Assembly: GCA_019894975.1 (NCBI GenBank)
Contig: JAGXNO010000035.1
Span: 1 to 42,544, forward strand
DNA: 42,544 nucleotides
Reading direction: 5' to 3'
Source of the DNA: Promethearchaeota archaeon
Lineage (GTDB): Archaea > Asgardarchaeota > Lokiarchaeia > Sigyniarchaeales > SOKP01
Below are positions 29,615-39,352 of this stretch, in pieces. The number at the start of each line of letters is the position of its first letter. Position 1 is the stretch's first letter. Both the position numbers and the translations under genes were made by a program. The notes below the pieces were generated by a model. It did not search any database and had not been told where the DNA came from. It worked only from the letters and a program-made list of their open reading frames with translations.

Positions 29615-30526
29615 TTATAGTTTTTTCACAAAATTTTCAGTAAAAATATAAGAATAATTTTTTTCCAATTTATTATTATTTTTATCCTTAAGTATGATTT
29701 TATTTCTTGTAATATTTTCTACTATATATTCTTGAGCGTCTATAATAATTATATCATTATTAGCTACAGGTAAAAACTTTATCGAAGCCTTTAGTCTGTA
29801 GAGATTTTTACCTTTCTGATTATCTCTCCCCACTAATTTTTTTGTTCTTTTTAGTAAAAAATGATACTTAACTCTTAGAAATTTTATAATATAATTCATT
29901 AACTCGTTTGTACTAAGATATAAATCCAACCCATATTTTTGCTCTTCGATTTTTGAGATATAATGTCGATGATCTTTATTAAACAGTGCTTTAGTATAAT
30001 TATCTATCTCAACCAAAATTTCTTCTATAAACTCAAATTGATTTTCGTTTTTGACTCGTAGTTGAAGGATTGATATAAAATAAGTACCACCTCTTAAATT
30101 AGAGCAGTTCTTACATAACAAGTGATTTAAATTCAATTTTGTCGTTTGTTGATAAGAAATATTTTTGGAACTCTTCAACCTTCCAATAACAAGCACTTCA
30201 ACAGATTTTATTAAATCAGTTGAGGAATATTCAACCGTTTCATTATTAATTTCAAATGTTATTTCAAGTTGCTCATTTTTAAGCTGTGATTTTACTACAA
30301 ACTTTTGAATGATTTCATGAAGAATAGAATACATATCATCTGAAGTAGGAGTAATCCATGCATCTTTTTTAGAATAATTACCACAATCAATACAAACGTT
30401 TACCGAGGATGATGCAGGCAATTCAAATAATGGATTTTCTTCTAAATAGCACTTTAGGCACATTCCAAAGTGGGGAGAATCTTCATCTAGATCTATTCCA
30501 CATATCGCACAGAACCGATTGGGCAT
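29615..30526 (-). CDS. nmd3: NMD3-family large-subunit maturation protein
   Basis: Four CxxC pairs, YFISILQLR, GLDLYL, KLVGRD..GKNLYR. Confidence 0.9.
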   Translation of the reverse strand: MPNRFCAICGIDLDEDSPHFGMCLKCYLEENPLFELPASSSVNVCIDCGNYSKKDAWITPTSDDMYSILHEIIQKFVVKSQLKNEQLEITFEINNETVEYSSTDLIKSVEVLVIGRLKSSKNISYQQTTKLNLNHLLCKNCSNLRGGTYFISILQLRVKNENQFEFIEEILVEIDNYTKALFNKDHRHYISKIEEQKYGLDLYLSTNELMNYIIKFLRVKYHFLLKRTKKLVGRDNQKGKNLYRLKASIKFLPVANNDIIIIDAQEYIVENITRNKIILKDKNNNKLEKNYSYIFTENFVKKL

Positions 30527-30822
30527 TAAACCATCATCTTTAAAGCCATTGGTACTCCATTTATAAATCTAATTCCTTCTTTTGGCAGTAATTGGCAATT
30601 AATAGCTTGCTCAATTATTTTTTCTCCCACGATGTTGAAAAAAGTAGCGTGTTTTAAAATTTCTATTGCTTTTTCTAGTTTAACTAATCCCCCCCCGTAA
30701 AATTCGCTTGATATCTCAATTTTTAGGTTACCCTCTCTGAAGACCTGGTTAAGAAGTTCTTCATCACAACATGCAATAGTTTCACAATCATCTCGAATGT
30801 GAATTTTTAAATATACTTTCAT
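30526..30822 (-). CDS. DUF424 family protein
   Basis: IACCDEELL..FYGG..NIVGE. Confidence 0.88.
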   Translation of the reverse strand: MKVYLKIHIRDDCETIACCDEELLNQVFREGNLKIEISSEFYGGGLVKLEKAIEILKHATFFNIVGEKIIEQAINCQLLPKEGIRFINGVPMALKMMV

Positions 30823-30844
30823 GGAATCCTAGGTTATTTTATTC

Positions 30845-31258
30845 TTATTTTTCTTTAATTTCTTCCCTGGCTCCGCAGGCAGTGCATTTTAAATAAAGTT
30901 TTTTACCTTCTCTCTGAATTGAAGTATCTGGTTTATTACAAATATCACATAATACATATGTTTTTGTATAATTTTCGATCAATCTATTTAGAACTTGCTC
31001 TTTATATTGACCCTTCATAAATAATTGCTGACCTCTAACTTCTCCCATCGTTCCCGCACTTTTTAGAAAGACACCCAAAAAATGTCTTCTATCTCTATTA
31101 AGAATACTTATAATTTTGTTAAAATTTGTAATAAATGTGTTTCTACTCTCTATTCTAAGCTCTACTTTAGGAGTCTCGAATCTTGAGGACTTTTTTACAT
31201 TTTCCGGTATTTTTTCATAAGCTTTATTTAGCAAATCCTCGTAATTATCTAAATCCAT
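30845..31258 (-). CDS. eif2b: translation initiation factor aIF2 beta subunit
   Basis: YEDLLNKAY, RFETP, ITNF..LNR, YVLCDICNKPDT..CTACGA. Confidence 0.96.
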   Translation of the reverse strand: MDLDNYEDLLNKAYEKIPENVKKSSRFETPKVELRIESRNTFITNFNKIISILNRDRRHFLGVFLKSAGTMGEVRGQQLFMKGQYKEQVLNRLIENYTKTYVLCDICNKPDTSIQREGKKLYLKCTACGAREEIKEK

Positions 31259-31356
31259 AATAATTTCATCTATTTCTTTATTTTATAATTATTTAATAAA
31301 CCATTAGAAAAATATTTTATCATTATATAAAATTAAGTTTAAAATTTTAATATAAT

Positions 31357-32073
31357 TCAATAGGATTCAAAGATATCTTTGTCTGATTCATAGATCTTTG
31401 ACTCTAAAATTAGGTCATTAATATAAGATCTTAACTCAATATCTGGTAATTTTATTTCTTTCTTCAAGTTTCCGAAAATAATACCTTTTCCTCTCTCAGA
31501 ATGTGATTTTATAATTGAATATACTTTCTCTTTCAGATCCTCTCCGTCACCGTAATTGAATTCATCTTCGCGTAAATCATTAACGTTGGAAAGAACTGGG
31601 ACTTTATGAACATCCCCCGATTTAATTCTTTTTATTACTTCAGCATTTCTTAGCAAAATAAAATTGGGTTCTTCTATTTTCCTAATAATTTCTATCCATA
31701 AGGAAATATATCCTCCCCTTTTACTGACACGACCAACAACATCAACATTATCACCTACATTAAAATCAGCATATCTTTCAGGATCAACATCATCCTTAAT
31801 TGCTCTAATCAATCCTGTACTATCATCTAAACTAAATAAGAGTCTTACATTTACTTTTGAATCATCATCTAATCCGGCATCAAAATCATCAGATTCTATT
31901 AGTTTTTCATTTTTTTCGATTATTGTTGCAACGAATCTGATTCTTTTAACTTCTCCAAAGATGGTTTGAAACAAATTCTCATTTTCATCATAATTACCTT
32001 CTTCAATATGTTTTATCCAACAGTGTATTGCTGGATTTCGTCTATAACCCGTTCTTTCACTCATTTTCATCAA
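31357..32073 (-). CDS. RPA32-like OB-fold plus winged-helix protein
   Basis: RIRFVATI, LDDSTGLIRA, VDVVGRV, C-terminal helix-turn-helix ending KIYE. Confidence 0.75.
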   Translation of the reverse strand: MMKMSERTGYRRNPAIHCWIKHIEEGNYDENENLFQTIFGEVKRIRFVATIIEKNEKLIESDDFDAGLDDDSKVNVRLLFSLDDSTGLIRAIKDDVDPERYADFNVGDNVDVVGRVSKRGGYISLWIEIIRKIEEPNFILLRNAEVIKRIKSGDVHKVPVLSNVNDLREDEFNYGDGEDLKEKVYSIIKSHSERGKGIIFGNLKKEIKLPDIELRSYINDLILESKIYESDKDIFESY

Positions 32074-32241
32074 TTTAATTATAAATTCTATTTAATTTAG
32101 ACATAATTATTAAAGGAATAACATTGTTAAATTTAACTGAACTAATCTAGGATTACTTCATGACGAGAAGGGTTGAACATTTATTATTTTTCAGATTCTA
32201 AGCATAATATTGGTACATCTAGTAATAAAAAAAGAGAATAA

Positions 32242-32373
32242 TAGCGGGGGTTCGATTTGAACGAACGAATCTGCCATCCGGACGGAATTGTACGAATGAT
32301 CTCAGGGTTTCTCTATGGAGTGGTGATACCATCTATGAGCCCTGCGGCATAAACCAGGCTAGCCCACCCCGCT
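32242..32373 (-). tRNA. initiator tRNA-Met(CAU) with two introns (37/38: 32309-32333, 25 nt; 46/47: 32269-32299, 31 nt)
   Basis: A1-U72 AGCGGGG/CCCCGCT, CAGGG/CCCTG anticodon stem with three G-C pairs, CAT anticodon; BHB-like junctions at both inserts. Confidence 0.93.
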
Positions 32374-32660
32374 TTGGTTATTACTTCGAGATTATTTTAT
32401 ACTGATATCTAGTTATAATATATATTACAATAAAAACCCCATAATTAAATGTTTTACTTTTTATTAAACCGAAATATGCTTTTAAACGTAAACAATTCAG
32501 TACAATTCAAAAAGTTTAGAAAGATCAGAATTGAGTATATGATGATAGGATATTAAATTTTAAACAAGAATTCTTATAGAAAATCAGTTTTGTAAGGCAA
32601 AAACTTTAACTTCATGATTAAATTATACAATAAAACATAACCAAAGATAACTTAAGCTTA

Positions 32661-34481
32661 ATGACCCTATTGAATGCACCAATTATTGATTTTTTTCTTA
32701 ACCCTTGGTTTATTCTGTCTTTGATCTTTTGGCTAATAGTTTTAGCATTAGTTTATTTATTAAGAAAAAGGGAAGGTGCTGCATACCTTTTTTTCCCCTT
32801 ATTAGTAATGTTTAGAACAAAAAGATTGAATAAATTTATAAAAAAGTTATCAAGGAAAGCACCAAAGTTTTGGAGGATTTTCTGGACAATAGGAATCTTT
32901 ATTTCATTTGGATTTATTATATATGCATTTTATTTCTTTTTTACCAACTTGATGAGTCTTATTCTCACCCCTAGCCTAAAAAATGCGATTCTTCCTCTCA
33001 TTCCAGGAGTCACTGTAGATCTACCCTTATTATTTTACCTAGCCCTTCCTCTCTTGTTTATAGTTACTACACATGAATTTGCACATGGAATTGCGGCAAG
33101 TTCAGATGGATTAGATATTAAATCTACAGGAGTTCTGGCAGCGGGGCTTTTCTTCATTATAGCTCCCGGTGCTTTTGTTGAAATTGATGAGAGAAAAGCA
33201 AATTCAAACAAGGTTAGCAGATATACCCGGTTAAGAATAGCAGCTGCAGGAACATATGTTAATGGTATTACAGCCGGGATTGCCTTTATCTTAATCTTAA
33301 GTTTTCCTCTAATGACATCACCTTATTATCGCCAAGTACCACGAGTGGGTTTGGTATTAACAGAAGAGCAAGGTGGATTTAATTATGGGGATCTTTCAAA
33401 CGGAGATGCAATAATCGCAATAAAAAAGAAGGGAACTCCTGATTCTGAATATGTATACTTGGATGAGTTTAAAAGAATCTCATTGAGCAGTATTTTAAAT
33501 AATAACACATCACTAGTTTGTTCTGTAGGTGATAATTTAACTCTTAAAATATATGAACCCTCTTCAGATAAGTTTTTGGCTAAAAATGTTACTTTAGGAC
33601 CTCGTTATAATATAGGTATTAATTATCAATATTTATCGAATGGTAGTGGATTGGAAATAACAAAGATATTTTCTCTCGTTGAAGGTGGGAATAACTTCGA
33701 TAAAAATTTAACAGTAGGGTTAATTATAGATCAAATTAACGGAATTCCAATTAATTTTTCAAATGGGGATACATTAGAAAAAGCCCTAACAACTTTTAAT
33801 TTAAAAACTATTAATTTCAGTAGACAATCAACCAATTGGACTTTAGATGTAGAAACTATAGGAGTTTATGTGGGAATTCTCAGCAACTCCTATTTTATGT
33901 ATAAAAATGATATTGGTAAGTTCTTCACCAGTTTTTGGCCAGATTTTATAATAAGGGAACTTTCATGGCTTTTTATAATAGCATTCAGTATTACCTTGTT
34001 TAATATGTTACCTTTGCCTATATTTGATGGAGATAGGCTTGTAAAGGAACTAATTAACTGGGGTATTGGTGAAAATTACAAATCCTTAAAGAAAAAGAAG
34101 GACAAGTTTTATTTTAAGAAAAAAGAAGAATTCTACGAACTATCAGAATATAGAGTTGAAAAGGTAAACTCTATAAAAATTATAATGAAAGAAAGCTCAA
34201 GAATGTATGATCCCAGTACAATTGAACTTTCAGAAGATAAATATGAACTCATCGATAAAATTGGGGATGGTTTTAAGGATTCTGTAGTATTGACTCTCCC
34301 TGAAGAAACGAATTTAACAGAAGATGCAGTAATTGAAATTTCGTATGATCACTACTATGATGAGAAGAGTAAGGTCAAAAAAACTATTCTAAACTCACTA
34401 AGAATGATAACTTTGATTATTATCGTAGGTAATTTTGCTTTATCTTTTATTAAGTTTGGTGGATTACTCTTTTGGATTTAA
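32661..34481 (+). CDS. site-2 protease (M50) membrane metalloprotease with PDZ-like inserts
   Basis: HEFAH, GAFVE, IAAAG, NMLPLPIFDG; multiple TM segments. Confidence 0.92.
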   Translation: MTLLNAPIIDFFLNPWFILSLIFWLIVLALVYLLRKREGAAYLFFPLLVMFRTKRLNKFIKKLSRKAPKFWRIFWTIGIFISFGFIIYAFYFFFTNLMSLILTPSLKNAILPLIPGVTVDLPLLFYLALPLLFIVTTHEFAHGIAASSDGLDIKSTGVLAAGLFFIIAPGAFVEIDERKANSNKVSRYTRLRIAAAGTYVNGITAGIAFILILSFPLMTSPYYRQVPRVGLVLTEEQGGFNYGDLSNGDAIIAIKKKGTPDSEYVYLDEFKRISLSSILNNNTSLVCSVGDNLTLKIYEPSSDKFLAKNVTLGPRYNIGINYQYLSNGSGLEITKIFSLVEGGNNFDKNLTVGLIIDQINGIPINFSNGDTLEKALTTFNLKTINFSRQSTNWTLDVETIGVYVGILSNSYFMYKNDIGKFFTSFWPDFIIRELSWLFIIAFSITLFNMLPLPIFDGDRLVKELINWGIGENYKSLKKKKDKFYFKKKEEFYELSEYRVEKVNSIKIIMKESSRMYDPSTIELSEDKYELIDKIGDGFKDSVVLTLPEETNLTEDAVIEISYDHYYDEKSKVKKTILNSLRMITLIIIVGNFALSFIKFGGLLFWI

Positions 34482-34510
34482 TCCTAATATTTTTCCCTCA
34501 AATGGTTTGA

Positions 34511-35488
34511 ATGACTGAGTACAATATTTTCTTAAAGACAGGTAAATGTTCTTATTGTAACAACTCAGTGGTAATACAAAGAAAATATTCGGGTGAAAGT
34601 CTCTGCCCCGCGTGTTTCGAGAAAAACATAGAAAAAAACATTTATAAAACCATTTCTAAATATAAGATGCTGAAACCCTATGATAAGATTATAGTTGGAC
34701 TCTCTGGGGGTAAAGATTCTTTTACTCTTTTATATAACCTCTCTATTATTCAAAAGAAGGCTTATCGCCCTAAAGAAATAATTGCATTAACTATAGATGA
34801 AGGTATAAAAGATTATAGAGACAAAAGCGTAAAAAATGCTATTGATTTTTGTAAGGAGCTAAATATTGAACATCATATCATCTCTTTTAAGGAGAAAGTT
34901 GGTTTTACTTTAGATGAAATCATCAACATTAAAAGAAAGCTTCCTGATTATAAATATGCTTGTAATTATTGCGCTGTTATAAGGAGAAGATTATTAAATG
35001 ATAAAGCAAAAGAATTAGGAGGAACTATCTTAGCCATGGGGCACAATCTAACTGATATTGCGGAAACCTTTCTTATGAACATTCTCTATAAACGATTTCA
35101 CCTAATAGCCAATCAATATTTGTTTAAGGAACAAGATTCAAGAACGAGTCAATTTTACATAAAAAAAATTACCCCCTTAATGAGGATCCCAGAGGAAGAG
35201 ATCTTTCTTTATGCAAATATAAAAAAGTTCCAGTATTATCCTTCGCACTGTCCTTATAGAGAAAAAGATCCTATAATAAGAAAAAAAGTATTAGACTTCA
35301 TTCAGGAATGTAAAAAAACCAGTTCAGAAATTGAATTCAATCTACTAAGTGGATTTTTGGAATTATCATCCATTCTATATGATCACTATGAAAAAAAAGA
35401 TTATTACACATGCCAATCTTGTGGTTATCCCAGTACAAATAAAGTTTATTGCTCTTACTGCATTTATTTACAAGAATTTAATCTTTAA
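34511..35488 (+). CDS. ncsA: tRNA 2-thiolation protein (NcsA/Ctu1/TtuA family)
   Basis: SGGKDS PP-loop, IDEGI, CNYCAVIRR, GHNLTD, N- and C-terminal Zn fingers. Confidence 0.88.
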   Translation: MTEYNIFLKTGKCSYCNNSVVIQRKYSGESLCPACFEKNIEKNIYKTISKYKMLKPYDKIIVGLSGGKDSFTLLYNLSIIQKKAYRPKEIIALTIDEGIKDYRDKSVKNAIDFCKELNIEHHIISFKEKVGFTLDEIINIKRKLPDYKYACNYCAVIRRRLLNDKAKELGGTILAMGHNLTDIAETFLMNILYKRFHLIANQYLFKEQDSRTSQFYIKKITPLMRIPEEEIFLYANIKKFQYYPSHCPYREKDPIIRKKVLDFIQECKKTSSEIEFNLLSGFLELSSILYDHYEKKDYYTCQSCGYPSTNKVYCSYCIYLQEFNL

Positions 35489-36474
35489 GACCTATCAATC
35501 AAAAAGTGCCCCATTTCTTTTAATTTGTCGTACTCTCTTATTTCTTCCTTGAATAAAGGCACTTCAATTAAATTCTTATGTAAATTCTCCCCAAATACTT
35601 CTTTTATTTTTACTAAATTTTTACCTTGCATTTTTCTTCTTGCTTTACAAAATTCACATAGTTCAGTTGTATCTTGGTATATTTGATTCACAACGATGTT
35701 GGATACAGGAATATTATTTTTAACTAATTCATTTAGTAGTCTTCCCGTTTCCGAAATAGCCATTTCTTCAGGGATCATAACAATTATAAAAGAGTTCTTT
35801 ATAGGATTTGTAAGATCATCTCTGGCATTTATAATCGAATCATTTAATCGTTCTAATACTTCTAATGAATTATCTTCCTTTTTTTCTTCACGACTAAACA
35901 TCCGTTTCACAGCTCCAAACATATTACCTATTTTTGCTCTCATTTTTATAAGCTTACCAATCCATCCTGATAATGTTTCTGGTAAACTTAAAAATCTCAG
36001 TGTATGCCCTGTGGGTGCAGTGTCAAATACAATTAGATCATAATCATGATCTGTCTCAACAAACTCTAAAATCTTTCCAAAAGCTAAGGCTTCATCTATT
36101 CCTGGAGGAGTCATGGAAGTTAATTCTTCCATATCTCCAAACAGTGGTAAATTTTCCATCAATCCAGACATTCCCATTTCTTCCATTGGATTTATATTTG
36201 TTAATCCCTGAAAATCTGCCATATTTACCTTAGGGTTAATCTCTAAAGCAGTAAGATTATCTATCCCTGCAATGGGTGTAGGTACTCCCGGTGCTAACTC
36301 GATCCCAAGACTGTCACCTAATGAGTGAGCAGGATCTGTACTTATGATCAATGTGTTCCGACCATGTTCTGCTGCCCAAATTGCCGAACTTGCCGCACAA
36401 CTTGTTTTTCCAACTCCTCCCTTTCCTCCAAACATAACCATTTTTAAATTTAATAAAAGATCCTTTATTTCCAT
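35485..36474 (-). CDS. ArsA/Get3 (TRC40)-family ATPase, Get3-like
   Basis: GGKGGVGKT, STDPAHS, PGIDEA, DTAPTGHTLRFL, CEFC dimerisation motif; single domain. Confidence 0.9.
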   Translation of the reverse strand: MEIKDLLLNLKMVMFGGKGGVGKTSCAASSAIWAAEHGRNTLIISTDPAHSLGDSLGIELAPGVPTPIAGIDNLTALEINPKVNMADFQGLTNINPMEEMGMSGLMENLPLFGDMEELTSMTPPGIDEALAFGKILEFVETDHDYDLIVFDTAPTGHTLRFLSLPETLSGWIGKLIKMRAKIGNMFGAVKRMFSREEKKEDNSLEVLERLNDSIINARDDLTNPIKNSFIIVMIPEEMAISETGRLLNELVKNNIPVSNIVVNQIYQDTTELCEFCKARRKMQGKNLVKIKEVFGENLHKNLIEVPLFKEEIREYDKLKEMGHFLIDRS

Positions 36475-36540
36475 TTTTTTAGATTACTCCTTTTAGTTTT
36501 ATAAAAAATCAAAATCATGTGAATCTCGTCATTCAGATGT

Positions 36541-37821
36541 CTAATAGTCAATTTTATAACGAAGAATAGCTGCAATTCCACCAAAAGTACTATATAAACT
36601 CTCACCCTCTTCTGTTTCGGCGGATAGAATCTCCACATCTGAACCAATTGATTCAGCTACTTCTCCAAGAACCTCAATTAAGGATTTAATTTGAATTATT
36701 TTAAATGAATTTGAGCTGCATTTGGGGCAACTACTATCTTCAACATCATCTCTAAATTTTTCTAATGATCTTTCATCTAACACTTTATTTTCAGTGTGAT
36801 CACAATTGGAACATCCTAAGTTAATTTTTTTTTTGTTTAGCTTTTCAGAAAGTAAAAGAATATCAACAGCACCAAAATTCAAGCCTCTTTCTATTTCTTC
36901 TAACCCATAAATAGCCAATCCTGTATCATTTGAAATTTCTTTCATGAATCGTTGCATCACTTCTTTTTCACGAATGTATTTGATATTTTCCATTTGTTCT
37001 TTAACCTTTTCAATTAAAGCTCGAATTCCTTCAGAACCTCCATACCCAATATCTACAACGTCTATAATTTTATCTCGTAATCTGTAATCTAAACTATCAT
37101 CTTTTACAAATTTTTCTTTTGAAGGACCCGGACCTCCAACAAAAATTCCCTGTAAATCTTCAATTTTTAAAAAAACATCATTTATTGTATCAGTAATTCT
37201 CCGATAGAAAGCCATTTCTGCTTCTTCATTTAACCTTTCAAATCTTTTCTGTGATTGACCGCCTTGTGAGTGTTTACCACGAATTCCTGAAGTAAATTCC
37301 TTTACAATTTCGATACTATTTCCTTTAATATACCCTACTGCTGCTTCTTTTCTCCCAACTACTAACAAACCATAAGCTTCTGTAGGAGTAAGCATATCTA
37401 CCAAGGGTTCTAGTAAAAACTCACTTGCACAATGATACCTAAATGTTTTAACTCTATCAGGAGGTTCTACTATTGTTAATTCATTTCTTTCTGTACCAGG
37501 AGTGTTACTTTGAGGAATTGCCCCTGAAAATATAATAAAACCATTTTCAGGTACTTCCTTTATATTTTTTAATTGTCCTAAGATACTACTAATACTATCT
37601 AATACATTCTTTCTGGTTAGCTTTGATTTAATATTTTGACTTTCACTAATTTCGTTCTTTAAATAATTTGTTACATCTGAAATCTTTTTGTCAGAAGGAA
37701 TATACAGTGAAATTAATTCTGTATGAAATCCTTTTTTTTTTCCTAGATTATCTACGATCTGTTTCGTCTTATAGATCGCTAAATCATTAGCTTTCTTATT
37801 CATCACAATATTCATATCCAT
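36541..37821 (-). CDS. prf1: peptide chain release factor aRF1
   Basis: TELISLYIP, NIKS, YHC, GGQSQKRF, FGGIAAILRY. Confidence 0.98.
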   Translation of the reverse strand: MDMNIVMNKKANDLAIYKTKQIVDNLGKKKGFHTELISLYIPSDKKISDVTNYLKNEISESQNIKSKLTRKNVLDSISSILGQLKNIKEVPENGFIIFSGAIPQSNTPGTERNELTIVEPPDRVKTFRYHCASEFLLEPLVDMLTPTEAYGLLVVGRKEAAVGYIKGNSIEIVKEFTSGIRGKHSQGGQSQKRFERLNEEAEMAFYRRITDTINDVFLKIEDLQGIFVGGPGPSKEKFVKDDSLDYRLRDKIIDVVDIGYGGSEGIRALIEKVKEQMENIKYIREKEVMQRFMKEISNDTGLAIYGLEEIERGLNFGAVDILLLSEKLNKKKINLGCSNCDHTENKVLDERSLEKFRDDVEDSSCPKCSSNSFKIIQIKSLIEVLGEVAESIGSDVEILSAETEEGESLYSTFGGIAAILRYKIDY

Positions 37822-37911
37822 CTACAATGATTAAAAAGTTAACAAAAAATTAATATTTTTTCTTTATACCAATCTATATAAAGAACATTTTTTAATAGAG
37901 GTGAATATAAC

Positions 37912-38706
37912 ATGCCTTTGAATGAAAATCAAGACAGTGACGTTCCTAAATCACACCCACGATACCTAAGTTTAAAATATAGGCATACCATTATTGAAGG
38001 TATGAGAAACTTAATAGTAGCAGAAGCAGGATTAATTGCTCACGGAAGAGGTGAATGTTTCGATTATATTTTAGGGGAACAAACATCTCAATCCGCGAAA
38101 AATGCAGTAAAAGCAGCTGTAGCTGCATTAATAATTGCTGATAAACCAGTTATTAGTGTTAATGGAAACGTTGCAGCACTAGTACCTGAAGAACTCGTAA
38201 ATTTATCAAAATTATTGGATATTCCCCTTGAAATTAATTTATTTTACCGGAAAGAGGGACGAATTGAGGCAATCGAGAATGTTCTAAAGAACGCAGGGGC
38301 TACGGATATCAAAGGCGTAAATGAAGAAACAATGATTGAGCTTGAAGGACTTGAAAGTAATAGGAGAAAAGTAGATTTCATTGGAAAAGCCGACGTTGTC
38401 ATGGTTCCTTTAGAAGATGGAGATCGTACAGAGGCACTGAAAAAATTAAATAAGAAAGTAATCGCTGTAGATTTAAATCCTTTAAGTAGAACCGCTCTAT
38501 GGGCAGATATAACCATAGTTGATAATATAATTAGGGTAGTACCACTAATGATAGAAATAGCAAAGGAACTAAAAAAATTAAAAAAAAAATCATTGGAGAA
38601 GATTCTGGACGACTTTGATAACAAAAAGAATATTTTGGATTCATTGGATCTTATAATTAAATATATCCAACAACAAAAAGTAGATGCATTTAAAATCCTT
38701 AAGTAA
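37912..38706 (+). CDS. 4-phosphopantoate--beta-alanine ligase (archaeal phosphopantothenate synthetase)
   Basis: PKSHPRY, AHGRGECFDY, ISVNGN, PLEDGDR, DLNPLSRT. Confidence 0.93.
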   Translation: MPLNENQDSDVPKSHPRYLSLKYRHTIIEGMRNLIVAEAGLIAHGRGECFDYILGEQTSQSAKNAVKAAVAALIIADKPVISVNGNVAALVPEELVNLSKLLDIPLEINLFYRKEGRIEAIENVLKNAGATDIKGVNEETMIELEGLESNRRKVDFIGKADVVMVPLEDGDRTEALKKLNKKVIAVDLNPLSRTALWADITIVDNIIRVVPLMIEIAKELKKLKKKSLEKILDDFDNKKNILDSLDLIIKYIQQQKVDAFKILK

Positions 38707-38815
38707 TGAAATTATAAAATCGTCTGATACATAAAAACTTAAAAGTTTCAAATATTATAAGTTATATATTAATATTGCTGTTCTTTTGATACTAATCTTT
38801 TGAGCAAGCTATACA

Positions 38816-39352
38816 ATGACAACTAATAAAGATATAAAGACAGATCCTTTTAGTGACACATCCAATCAAAGAATCATTATAAAGAGATGTAACCTTGATG
38901 ATTTAGATGGTGTAATAAAAGTAAATGAAGAAGAGCTTCCAGAAGATTATCCATACTTCTTTTATAAAAGCATCCTTGACAATTATCCTGAATCTTTTCT
39001 ATTAGCTCAAAATGACCAAGGAAAAATTGTTGGTTATATTATGTGGAGAGTAGAAAAGAGCCCTTCTTTAGATAGCTTGCGATATATTAATAATGGTCAC
39101 CTCGTATCCATTGCAGTCTCTCAAGATTATCGAAAGAGAGGAATAGCAAAAAGTCTATTAACTCATAGTATGCAAGCAACAAAGAAATATAAAATTCATG
39201 AGTATGTGTTAGAAGTAAGAGTGTCAAACTATAATGCAATTAAATTATATGAACGCTTTAAGTTTCAAATCGTAAACATCAAAAAGAATTATTATCGAGA
39301 TGGGGAAAATGCGTATTATATGACTCTTAAAACAAAGAAAAGATTAGATTGA
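38816..39352 (+). CDS. N-terminal acetyltransferase (Ard1/RimI-like GNAT)
   Basis: LPEDY, GHLVSIAV..RKRGIA, LEVRVSN..AIKLY, YYRDGENAY. Confidence 0.9.
   Translation: MTTNKDIKTDPFSDTSNQRIIIKRCNLDDLDGVIKVNEEELPEDYPYFFYKSILDNYPESFLLAQNDQGKIVGYIMWRVEKSPSLDSLRYINNGHLVSIAVSQDYRKRGIAKSLLTHSMQATKKYKIHEYVLEVRVSNYNAIKLYERFKFQIVNIKKNYYRDGENAYYMTLKTKKRLD

Noticed and set aside
7773-32373. Anticodon triplets also occur in intron stems of tRNA-Asn, tRNA-Leu(CAA) and tRNA-iMet
   Set aside because: A 3-nt match in about 30 nt is expected by chance; only the two 8-nt matches were kept
32150-32560. C-box-like ATGACGA and ATGATGA motifs as C/D sRNAs
   Set aside because: No properly spaced CTGA D boxes or terminal stems
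37732-37741. A10 run near the 5' end of aRF1 as a prfB-like frameshift site
   Set aside because: The frame is continuous (GKKKG) and A runs are common in this AT-rich genome
923-38624. Many 60-157 aa ORFs nested in or antisense to recognised genes (e.g. 2571-2963, 27133-27606, 38244-38624, 36465-36647)
   Set aside because: Shadow frames of well-supported genes with no motifs
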